IMG/VR virus record: IMGVR_UViG_3300047299_000067
Coordinates: 32,001 to 96,000 of that record
Source: a virus
Length of the DNA: 64,000 bases
Direction: 5' to 3' (one strand)
The notes under the pieces were generated by a model. The model was not told the DNA's origin. It made no database searches and was given only the letters and a program-made list of their open reading frames with translations. Positions 45,928-54,190 of the stretch are shown here, piece after piece; position 1 is the stretch's first letter, and the number at the start of each line of letters is the position of its first letter. The translations under genes and the position numbers were made by a program.

Positions 45928-46264
45928 TATCCTCACTTACATCGATCCAAACATCTCGGTTTGGGTATTTTTTATTGATCTCTGCATAGAGATCATCTGC
46001 AATCATTTCGCAACTTTTATAATCTAACTCAAGTATAGCACCTTCGTATAAATGTTGCAACCAGCGTTTGAATTGAATAAACTCAATATCCCTATCATCG
46101 TGAAAGACTTCGATAGCAACTTTAAAGTGAAAAATATGACGATGCGGATAGCCTAAAAAGCTAACGTCATACTCGTCACCTGTTGCTAATTTAGGATCTG
46201 TTAGTGCCGCCGGATATTTGTGTATGCCTTCCTTTTGAAAGCGAACCCAAATCATTTTACGCAT
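45890..46264 (-). CDS. queD: QueD-like 6-carboxytetrahydropterin synthase (T-fold)
   Basis: GIH, PHRH.FH, DIEF, SCE.IA..L, VSEDNENG. Confidence 0.7.
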   Translation of the reverse strand: MRKMIWVRFQKEGIHKYPAALTDPKLATGDEYDVSFLGYPHRHIFHFKVAIEVFHDDRDIEFIQFKRWLQHLYEGAILELDYKSCEMIADDLYAEINKKYPNRDVWIDVSEDNENGCHIQYNKS

Positions 46265-46266
46265 GC

Positions 46267-46515
46267 TTAACTCCACTTTTCGATACTTGGGTACTTTGGT
46301 GCAGCCGGTTTAGAAGAAACTTTAGGAGTTTCGATAACTGCTGCCAATTCTTCTGTTTCGAATTCTTCTTGAGAGGGTTGAGCTTTTTCTGCTTCAGTGT
46401 CCTCTGACTTGATAATCAATTTATGAAAGTTCCACAACTTCCAGTCAATTGCTTCCATGAAGCTTTCAATTCGTTGCAAGCTCTTTAGCATTGCTTCTGC
46501 TTGTTCTTTATCCAT
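46267..46515 (-). CDS. small protein with DWKLW motif
   Basis: Coiled segment ending IDWKLW. Confidence 0.7.
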   Translation of the reverse strand: MDKEQAEAMLKSLQRIESFMEAIDWKLWNFHKLIIKSEDTEAEKAQPSQEEFETEELAAVIETPKVSSKPAAPKYPSIEKWS

Positions 46516-46520
46516 TTTTA

Positions 46521-46760
46521 TTATCCTTTAAATTGATTTTCATCAAATTCATACCCGTTATCCTCGGCGATATTTTTCATCACGCCCATAATGACCCACA
46601 GCTTCCAATCCATGCGATGCATGTATTCGGATTGCTTTCTAAGTTCATTAAGGATTTCTTCTTGATAGTTGATTTGTGGCGTTGGTTCTGTATCTGCAAC
46701 CACTTCTGGTTTTGCTTTAGCAGAACGCTTTACAGGCGTTAGTTTCTTTTCGGTTGCCAT
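46521..46760 (-). CDS. small protein with DWKLW motif (paralog)
   Basis: Coiled segment ending MDWKLW. Confidence 0.7.
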   Translation of the reverse strand: MATEKKLTPVKRSAKAKPEVVADTEPTPQINYQEEILNELRKQSEYMHRMDWKLWVIMGVMKNIAEDNGYEFDENQFKG

Positions 46761-47497
46761 TATCGTGTGTGTCCTGGAAGGATATAGTTATACACACCAA
46801 CGCCGCTGTCGATGGTAATCATACAAGCTACTTGGCTAAAATGCACACGGCATTCGCCACCCATACCAAGTTTCATAATTGCTAAGAACTTGTCGATAGG
46901 CCATGCATAGCCTTCTTTCATTGTGCCGGATACGTTGGCTGCAAACGTCATACGACCAAAGTGGCTACCGCCAGTATCGCTACCGAAGATAAAAACTAAA
47001 TTGCCGTTTTCTGTTTTAACAATAAACGTTGGCTCAATGCCACTGTAAATGCCGGCTTTTTGTGCCATCTCACTTACTTTGCTTTTCGTAGGTTCAAACT
47101 CTACGTCCCACTTAACACCTTTGAACTTGCTTTGCTGCAACTGCTCGTCGATGATTTCTTTACTCATCAAGCGATACTTGTCGCTGTTGCCATCATTATC
47201 CTTAAACTGAATGTAGTCGGGAATAATAGCACCGTTCTTAGTTGTGGTTAAAACTTCTACTTTGCTGCCTTCTTTATTATAAAGACCGCTTAGTCCGTTT
47301 AGGAAGCCAAGGTTACCTAAACCTACTTCACCGATAAGCTCACCGTTTGGTGTCTTAAGTTTTGCGTCTAATACCACTGTCCGTTTTTCGTCACAGGTCC
47401 AAACTTCTGTGTCTGTGTCTGTTCCTGTAATTTTAGCCAAGTCGAAAAAGCCGAGGCTGGCAGTGTGTCTAACGATGTCAAAGATTGCATCTTTCAT
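46760..47497 (-). CDS. probable DNA polymerase sliding clamp (gp45-like)
   Basis: 245 aa alpha/beta two-domain pattern, ends YNYILP, near polB. Confidence 0.6.
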   Translation of the reverse strand: MKDAIFDIVRHTASLGFFDLAKITGTDTDTEVWTCDEKRTVVLDAKLKTPNGELIGEVGLGNLGFLNGLSGLYNKEGSKVEVLTTTKNGAIIPDYIQFKDNDGNSDKYRLMSKEIIDEQLQQSKFKGVKWDVEFEPTKSKVSEMAQKAGIYSGIEPTFIVKTENGNLVFIFGSDTGGSHFGRMTFAANVSGTMKEGYAWPIDKFLAIMKLGMGGECRVHFSQVACMITIDSGVGVYNYILPGHTR

Positions 47498-47537
47498 TGA
47501 ATATCTCCTTTACTGAGATTATAAGGTAAAAAGTTAG

Positions 47538-47924
47538 TTAAATCAACACGTATCTTGCCAAAATAATCATAACGATAAATGTTTGGTGATGTGCAAATTG
47601 TTCGGCGCCAAGCCATTGCCAATAATTCTTATCCTTGTATGATTGTGCTCCAAATTTCATATGGACCCAATCAATGTGATAATGTAAAATGGCTTCTAAA
47701 ACAACTAACCCTAAAGTGAGGTCTAAATCAAAATCTAATATTAGACCAACCACCAGCGTGCCAAACGCATGGTGTATTATGTGTATGAAACTATTTATAG
47801 ATCCATACCTAATTTTGCTTGCAGAAATCGCGGCAGTTTGTAAAACATACTCGCATATAAAATGCTTTAAGTTTAACAAGACGGCGAAGGTAATAAGAGT
47901 AAAAGCTAAAGGAGATGTTGCCAC
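47538..47924 (-). CDS. DUF3307-like membrane protein
   Basis: KHF..Y.LQ, H..HH, HYHID..K, W.G.EQ..H; GTG start 5 nt after TAAATA (47930-47935). Confidence 0.7.
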   Translation of the reverse strand: MATSPLAFTLITFAVLLNLKHFICEYVLQTAAISASKIRYGSINSFIHIIHHAFGTLVVGLILDFDLDLTLGLVVLEAILHYHIDWVHMKFGAQSYKDKNYWQWLGAEQFAHHQTFIVMIILARYVLI

Positions 47925-47965
47925 ATAATTATTTACTCGCAGAACCTACCAAGTTAAGTTATATT

Positions 47966-50614
47966 TTATCCAAATAGCATATCGAAACTTGTTTTTTGAT
48001 CACTTGCACTAATGTCCCATCCGAGCCCGCCGATCAAGTTATCTACTTTGTTGTCGATAATAGTTGCTTCCATTGCACGATGGTCGAATGGTAAATCTTT
48101 AAACCATTCAGGCAGTCTAAGTTCGTCAATTGGATACGCAATGCTGGTAATACCCATTGGATTAGATTTTAATTTACAAACAATAACTTTCATACCGTCT
48201 GTAATATCCATGCTTCTCTGATCGCTATTTGCTCGTTTGAATCTATTCCAATTGATCGCTGCCATTGCGTGACCAACACCGCACTTACCAGTCTTTTGGA
48301 AAACTTCCGTGTGCTTGGTTAAGTTATTGACTCGCTTTGGAGTACCTTTTTCCCAGCCTGGACGTTCCTTAAAAATAGTCCTAAACTCATTGATAGCATC
48401 GATAACGTCTTGTTTGTCTTGTCCTCTGAGTACCATTAGCAAAATCTTTTCTAAAAACTTTTGCATAAACTCAGGAGTATCTGCACGTTTAAGATCAAGG
48501 CCCATAGCTTTAACTTCGCCATCGGATCCATCTTTATCTTTACGCTTGCCTTCTTTATCATAGATAAGAACTGCATAACGTTTTTTAGTAATAAACAAAC
48601 CTTTACTTGCAACAACTTCTCGACCGGCTGCAATAACCTTACCAAAACTATCAGGGCAGTTAAATGCCATATTCATAAACGGTGCAAAACTTGCATTGAC
48701 ATCTTCTGCCACTGTGTCATACAGTTCTACTACTTTATCTTTAGACCAATCAACTTCACCGTTATTGATTTGTTTCTCAAATACCGGGAACGCACTAAAA
48801 TAACAAGAGTCGGTATCACCATAGATAATAGTTTTACCTACGTGATTGTAATCGCCTGTGAATAGTTCGTTAGTCTTACTTGCCATATGCTTTGCTACAC
48901 AACGACCGGTTAGCGTAGTACTTTGCCCCATGCGTTGATCGAAAAATCTGCTACCTGCATTTAGCAACGCACCGTATAACGAGTTCAGGTTAATCTTTTT
49001 AACTAACTGTCGCTTGTCCCAGAACTCGAACTCTTTTTCATTGTCACTGCATGCTTTTGCTTTTTTCTGTAGCTCTTTTCGTTCGGCATACCAACGTGCA
49101 AGTAATCCGGGAATAACGCCTTGTTTTTCATACGTAAAGATTGTGCCGTTAGCAGTTAGCATCCAAGGATTGCCACTTAGATAAATCAACTCGTATGCTT
49201 CGGCTGCACTCATTTCACTGCTTCGCCCATCTTCCCAATCAATGACTAAATCATAACCTTTATTTTTATTCATGATTTCGTCATACTCGTACACGCAAAA
49301 CTTTCCGTCCCACCAGTCGGCAAACGCTTCGCCTTTGGCTAACCAGGCTTTAAGTTCTGTTTTAGTTTGCACCAAACGAACTTGTCCGATGATTGTTTCT
49401 GGACTCATGTTCAATGCACGAATCAAAGAAGGATACAAACTGTTCAAGTCCATAGATCCAATCCAATCATGAACTCCTTGTTTTGGATATGCAACATACG
49501 CACCAGCAGCTTGTGTTTCTTGTCCGTCACCTCTGGTTCGGTCGGGTACCATTAAACCTCTGCTATGGGCTTCGTTGATAATAGCTTGGTCGGTCATAGC
49601 AACCGCGCCCAGTGTAGTTCTAAGTGTAACAGTGTTAGCATGTGCCAATACATTTACCAAGTCAATGTATTGCAGTTTAGCATCCAATTTAACTAACAGT
49701 GCAGTATCTTGTCTGTTATATTGGATAAACTTTTCAAAGTCATTATTGTAAAGTTGATCCAATGTGCCTTCATAATGCACTTTTGTTTCGCCGATTTCAA
49801 TTTCACCCACATAGTCTAAACGGTAAGTGTGAAGTTCGTGATAAGTGTATTTGCGATACAAGTCTAAGTAGTCGAGATGCACTCGTCCGACAAAGTCAAA
49901 TGTTTCTGAGATTTTGCCATATTTTTCGTATTCTCTACGAACAGGTTTTGTATTCCAAAGACAAAAGCGTCTTGTATGATCTGCGCCCATTAGTCTGGAT
50001 ATACGATTAACGGTATATGGAACGTCATAGCCTTCAGAGTTCCAGCCGCTTATAGTATCTGCATCTTCTAACAAAGATAAAAATGTGTCTAACATTTCTT
50101 CTTCGCTTGCACAAAGTAACGTGTCTTCAAACCTTGCAGCAATAGCTTCTGCTTGTTCCTGAGACATGGCTTTTGGTTTAATGACCAAAGTAAATAGTCT
50201 GTTTATCCAGCTACAATGGATAGAGATGGCAGTAATAGGATTAAACGGATCGCTTGGATCAGCAAACCCTTTAACTTTATCATACGCGACTTCAATGTCG
50301 AAGAAGGCCTTGTTTAATTCGGGAGCTTCTGCGTTTAAGTAGTTTGTTTCTAAACAACGATTAAGCGGCTTGATATCACTTTCGTATAACTTTTTATGTC
50401 CGAAGATTCGTTTTTCTTTATCCAGCGCTTTACGAGTGGCAACTGCTACTTTGGCTAATCTTTGTCCGTCAATACCGGTGTATTGACCTTTACTGTCTGG
50501 ATAGTAAAACAAATAATGTGCAGGGAATTGACGCTCTTTCCTAACACCATCTACTCGCTCGACGACTTTAACTAAGTCTTTTTCTTTTATATAAACTGCG
50601 TCAATATAGCTCAT
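47966..50614 (-). CDS. family B DNA polymerase (gp43-like)
   Basis: Exo FDIE, GWN...YD.PY, YN..D; pol DLNSLYPS, K..LNS.YG, YGDTDS, KKRY. Confidence 0.97.
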   Translation of the reverse strand: MSYIDAVYIKEKDLVKVVERVDGVRKERQFPAHYLFYYPDSKGQYTGIDGQRLAKVAVATRKALDKEKRIFGHKKLYESDIKPLNRCLETNYLNAEAPELNKAFFDIEVAYDKVKGFADPSDPFNPITAISIHCSWINRLFTLVIKPKAMSQEQAEAIAARFEDTLLCASEEEMLDTFLSLLEDADTISGWNSEGYDVPYTVNRISRLMGADHTRRFCLWNTKPVRREYEKYGKISETFDFVGRVHLDYLDLYRKYTYHELHTYRLDYVGEIEIGETKVHYEGTLDQLYNNDFEKFIQYNRQDTALLVKLDAKLQYIDLVNVLAHANTVTLRTTLGAVAMTDQAIINEAHSRGLMVPDRTRGDGQETQAAGAYVAYPKQGVHDWIGSMDLNSLYPSLIRALNMSPETIIGQVRLVQTKTELKAWLAKGEAFADWWDGKFCVYEYDEIMNKNKGYDLVIDWEDGRSSEMSAAEAYELIYLSGNPWMLTANGTIFTYEKQGVIPGLLARWYAERKELQKKAKACSDNEKEFEFWDKRQLVKKINLNSLYGALLNAGSRFFDQRMGQSTTLTGRCVAKHMASKTNELFTGDYNHVGKTIIYGDTDSCYFSAFPVFEKQINNGEVDWSKDKVVELYDTVAEDVNASFAPFMNMAFNCPDSFGKVIAAGREVVASKGLFITKKRYAVLIYDKEGKRKDKDGSDGEVKAMGLDLKRADTPEFMQKFLEKILLMVLRGQDKQDVIDAINEFRTIFKERPGWEKGTPKRVNNLTKHTEVFQKTGKCGVGHAMAAINWNRFKRANSDQRSMDITDGMKVIVCKLKSNPMGITSIAYPIDELRLPEWFKDLPFDHRAMEATIIDNKVDNLIGGLGWDISASDQKTSFDMLFG

Positions 50615-50892
50615 GTAATTATATATTTTGTAAAGCCTACAATGTCAATTGTAGTTAGCATGGCATACATGCTTGTTTGCCCAAAGCTACCTCGGCTCCA
50701 TGCACACACAGCCGCAATACTACATCCACTTAGCCAAAGAGGATATAAGATGTAAAGAGCAGGGTCCGTAACTGTTGCAGCCAATATAATGCTACAAGCA
50801 ATGCTAGCAAACCAGTTGTAACATTCGCCTGCCATTCTCCATGGATGCTCTTGCCAGTCCCGCCGCATCCATTCGATTATATAACTTATCAA
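50611..50892 (-). CDS. small membrane protein
   Basis: Hydrophobic helices; ATGA overlaps. Confidence 0.65.
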   Translation of the reverse strand: MISYIIEWMRRDWQEHPWRMAGECYNWFASIACSIILAATVTDPALYILYPLWLSGCSIAAVCAWSRGSFGQTSMYAMLTTIDIVGFTKYIIT

Positions 50893-51146
50893 CGATGACC
50901 TGCAACTTCGAGTACTTCTTCAACTTCTGTGAATGCTGTTTGCTCTTTTTCAAATTCATTTTTGTAAGCGATTTTAAGAGCTTTTTTAAGGACACCTGGC
51001 TTCATGTCCAATTCTTCTGCAATACCTTTGATGGTATCTGCCAAGCCTTCATTGAGTGCTGCGACTTCACTCATGACTTGCATGCCTTCGGCAAATAGTT
51101 TTTTGATTTTGGCTTTTTCATCGCCACTAAACATACGAGGTTCCAT
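50889..51146 (-). CDS. T4 DsbA-like dsDNA-binding protein
   Basis: Helical 85 aa, ..IK.IAEEL...P..L.K..K.AYK pattern. Confidence 0.6.
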   Translation of the reverse strand: MEPRMFSGDEKAKIKKLFAEGMQVMSEVAALNEGLADTIKGIAEELDMKPGVLKKALKIAYKNEFEKEQTAFTEVEEVLEVAGHR

Positions 51147-51168
51147 AATAACTCCTAAGTAAAATGTT

Positions 51169-51196
51169 ATTATAACAAATTACACGGAAAAGTCAA
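51169..51196 (-). promoter_or_regulatory. sigma70-type promoter driving dsbA-like/polB
   Basis: TTGACT-N16-TATAAT. Confidence 0.65.
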
Positions 51197-51197
51197 A

Positions 51198-51452
51198 CTA
51201 TTTGGTAAAGAGGGCGACTTCTTTTTCTCTGAGGATTTTTAAGTCTTCTGATGGACGACCTGAATCTAAAATCCATTTGCGAAACTCCACTACTGCATTG
51301 GTAGTATCGTTTTTATTGATAGCTTTTAGTAAAGTGCTATTTCTAAATATAGCTATACCACGATCGTTTATAAAAGACTCTATGGCAGCGATTTGGTTTT
51401 TGTTTAGTTCTACTCGAACCAAATCTTTAATTGCTTGTTTAACTGATTGCAT
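51198..51452 (-). CDS. C-terminal half of a GH24 phage lysozyme (no catalytic N-terminus)
   Basis: V.V.LN.NQ..A..SF....G...F..STLLK..N.......EF.KW....G....L...R..E..LF. Confidence 0.65.
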   Translation of the reverse strand: MQSVKQAIKDLVRVELNKNQIAAIESFINDRGIAIFRNSTLLKAINKNDTTNAVVEFRKWILDSGRPSEDLKILREKEVALFTK

Positions 51453-51892
51453 TATCTATTTTTTAGTGTAGCAGATAACATCCATGCATGTTTGGCAAAT
51501 GCATCTTGACGTTCGGCCATCAAATTACTTAGTCCGTGATTACCGCTTTGTTCGGCAATATCATAGCATACTTTAATGCTTGTCTGGATAACCTCAATAT
51601 CACCTAACAATTTTTGCAACATGTCTTGTGCATTTGGGATTTCAACTTGGTCTTCGATTTGACTAAGCTCTGCATAACGACTAAAACTACCCGGCGCATA
51701 TGCTCCGATAGTTCGAATACGCTCGGCAATAGTATCTATAGCACTATAAACTTCGCTGTAGATTTCTTCAAAGAAGCTGTGATATTGTTTAAAATCTCGA
51801 CCTTCTACATTCCAGTGAAAGTTTTGTGCTTTTAAGCTGTATGCATAATGATTTGCTAATACAATTTTAAGTGCTTGTGCTAATTCATCCAT
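51452..51892 (-). CDS. dps: Dps / ferritin-like DNA protection protein
   Basis: FHWNVEG..F...H..FEE.Y......D..AER, KH.WML. Confidence 0.92.
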   Translation of the reverse strand: MDELAQALKIVLANHYAYSLKAQNFHWNVEGRDFKQYHSFFEEIYSEVYSAIDTIAERIRTIGAYAPGSFSRYAELSQIEDQVEIPNAQDMLQKLLGDIEVIQTSIKVCYDIAEQSGNHGLSNLMAERQDAFAKHAWMLSATLKNR

Positions 51893-51896
51893 CGAG

Positions 51897-52013
51897 TTAT
51901 TCCTTGCTTTGTTTATTTACCGTATTTGCATTTATAACAAAATATGGTAAGAAACATAATTTGACGTAAAATTGAGAGTAAAGGTCTAACCAATACTCTA
52001 CAATTTTTGTCAT
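51897..52013 (-). CDS. possible 38-aa hydrophobic peptide
   Basis: MTKIVEYWLDLYSQFYVKLCFLPYFVIN...; ATGA overlap with upstream stop. Confidence 0.35.
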   Translation of the reverse strand: MTKIVEYWLDLYSQFYVKLCFLPYFVINANTVNKQSKE

Positions 52014-54190
52014 ATACTTCCGCCTACTGCACGACCTTTAAAAGGATGCTGCTTTTCTTCTTTGCCTATAACAGGGCTTGTTTTCTTTGGCATTTCGCTA
52101 CTAGGAACTTGTTTGGCTTTCTTTTGGTTAGCATCAACAGATTCCATTGCTTGACGTAATGCACTATGTCCTCGAGATTCTTTAACAGGTTCTGCATCAC
52201 GCGCTGCCTTTAGTTCTGATTGTGTAGCACCTGCACGTCGAGCGGCCGCTGCATCTTCGGAACTTTTGCTTTTTGCAAATTTCGCAAGTAGCTCTGCTCG
52301 TGTGCCTCCTTGACTTTTTGGATTATAGTCTGTTACGCTAGTAGTTTCGCTAACGCGGCCAGTTCGCTTATCGCTTAGTGCTCTGCTTAATCCTGCTGCA
52401 CGTTTCTTTGCACGAGCTTCTTGTTCCTTACTATAATCTTCCAAACCTGGATGGCCTTTGCTTGCACGAGCGGCAAAGTTTGACATTCCGTAATCGTCGC
52501 TTGCTCGTGCAACATAACGGTTACGTAGTTTGTCGCTAACTTCTGTTACACCTTGACCTTTAAGGCCGCGAGTGGCAGAGTTTAAACTGCTTAGTGTTAC
52601 GCTACGAGTAGTATCGGGGTTCATAACTAAGTCAACACTAAATGGCTTACCGTTTTTGTAAAAATGTAATTCGTTAGTTGTTGTTTTAAAGTTATCTGCA
52701 CCATACTGACGCAATAATTTTACAGCATCTCTCATTGGTAATGATGTTGCAACGCCTTCTACTACTTGTTTTAGCGGACCTTTAATGCCATCTCTATGAT
52801 AGAACTTGACATTGCCTTGTTCATCTTTTTTAGCAGTAACTTCTTTGCCACCTTTTCTGCCCACATACTTGCTAGTACCAGGCTTCATTGTGTTTGTTTC
52901 GCTCTTGAATGCTTCTGCGTGTGATTGTGTATTTGGGTCAGTGCCTTCGTCTAGCGTGCCATATTCAACTGCTTCGCCGCCAGCAGATAATGCTAATTCC
53001 TGTACCGCATCCCAAAACTTACGGGGAATAGTCATAGCTTCATCTTGCCAATCGATAAAATTACCGAACTTTTGCATAACGTGATTGTATGCACGTTCGT
53101 TGCTCAATTCAAAGGAAATAACATCGCCGTCGGCTTCGTTCATAGCTCGCCAGTCATCATACTCGATATAAAAGTCAGTTTCAGGATCGTAGTACTTGCC
53201 TTCTACTTTATCATAATAAACAACCTTGCCACTCTTAGTAGAGAATGGACCTTCTAAGCCATCGCGTTCTGTGTAACGTTCGCGATCAATACCTCGAGTT
53301 ACTGTATAGCCTTCGGCCACACCTTGCTTCGGAATCAATTTGTCAATAGTAGTGCGAATTTTTAATCCTGCTTCTGGTTCACTAAAAATAACACCAACAT
53401 CATTGCGGGCTTTGATGAAAGCAATCTTACCCACACCTTGATAACCGCGAACATTCACTGTGTCACCTACTTTATATTTTGGTGTTTCTGGGAACCCTCT
53501 ACCAACACCAAATTCATCCAATTGCGCTTCTGCCACACCTCGGTCTCTACGGCGTAACTCGCTCTTAGCCATCTTGCCTTGCATCTTAGCAACTTTGCTA
53601 TGGAATGGCCCAGTCTTTTTGTCCGCTGTAGACTTAACAAACTCGTCACTTGCACCTTGCATTTGACTTTTGATATCTCGTGGTGTGCGTGTGTCGCCTG
53701 TGCCAAAGCGTGATTTTTCTAATGGCTTGTTTCCAGCTTCCGCCACACCTTGCTCTTTTTGTGCTTTTTCTGCTGCTTGTATTTTACGCCATAAGTTATT
53801 CATTGGACCTTCCATAGAACGTGCTTTACGTTCGTAGTCGCTTAAATTCTGCTCACGATCTGCATACTGCCAATTGCTACCGCCTAATGACTTATACTCG
53901 TCTTTCATTGACTCGTATTCGGCCTTTAACGCAGGTAGTGCTGCAATATCTGCTGCCAATTGCTTTTCTTGTTGCGATTTACGTGCTGCGTCGTCACGAG
54001 CTTTTAAACGATTTAAGCCACGCTCACGCTTGTCAAATGTAGCCGCGTTCTTTTCGCGCTCTTCTGGACTACGAGCAAACATTATATCCATTTGGCTTTG
54101 CGCCTTTTGTTTTAATGCTTTATTGCGATAGTCGCCTAGACTAACTTCGTCTAGGCTTTTTTTGTCGTTGCTAAATTCGTTTAATCTCAT
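52010..54190 (-). CDS. putative capsid-internal polyprotein of about 11 short modules
   Basis: N-terminal MRLNEF; modules separated by QGVAE/RGVAE/QGVTE/[LV]xE sites. Confidence 0.7.
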   Translation of the reverse strand: MRLNEFSNDKKSLDEVSLGDYRNKALKQKAQSQMDIMFARSPEEREKNAATFDKRERGLNRLKARDDAARKSQQEKQLAADIAALPALKAEYESMKDEYKSLGGSNWQYADREQNLSDYERKARSMEGPMNNLWRKIQAAEKAQKEQGVAEAGNKPLEKSRFGTGDTRTPRDIKSQMQGASDEFVKSTADKKTGPFHSKVAKMQGKMAKSELRRRDRGVAEAQLDEFGVGRGFPETPKYKVGDTVNVRGYQGVGKIAFIKARNDVGVIFSEPEAGLKIRTTIDKLIPKQGVAEGYTVTRGIDRERYTERDGLEGPFSTKSGKVVYYDKVEGKYYDPETDFYIEYDDWRAMNEADGDVISFELSNERAYNHVMQKFGNFIDWQDEAMTIPRKFWDAVQELALSAGGEAVEYGTLDEGTDPNTQSHAEAFKSETNTMKPGTSKYVGRKGGKEVTAKKDEQGNVKFYHRDGIKGPLKQVVEGVATSLPMRDAVKLLRQYGADNFKTTTNELHFYKNGKPFSVDLVMNPDTTRSVTLSSLNSATRGLKGQGVTEVSDKLRNRYVARASDDYGMSNFAARASKGHPGLEDYSKEQEARAKKRAAGLSRALSDKRTGRVSETTSVTDYNPKSQGGTRAELLAKFAKSKSSEDAAAARRAGATQSELKAARDAEPVKESRGHSALRQAMESVDANQKKAKQVPSSEMPKKTSPVIGKEEKQHPFKGRAVGGSI

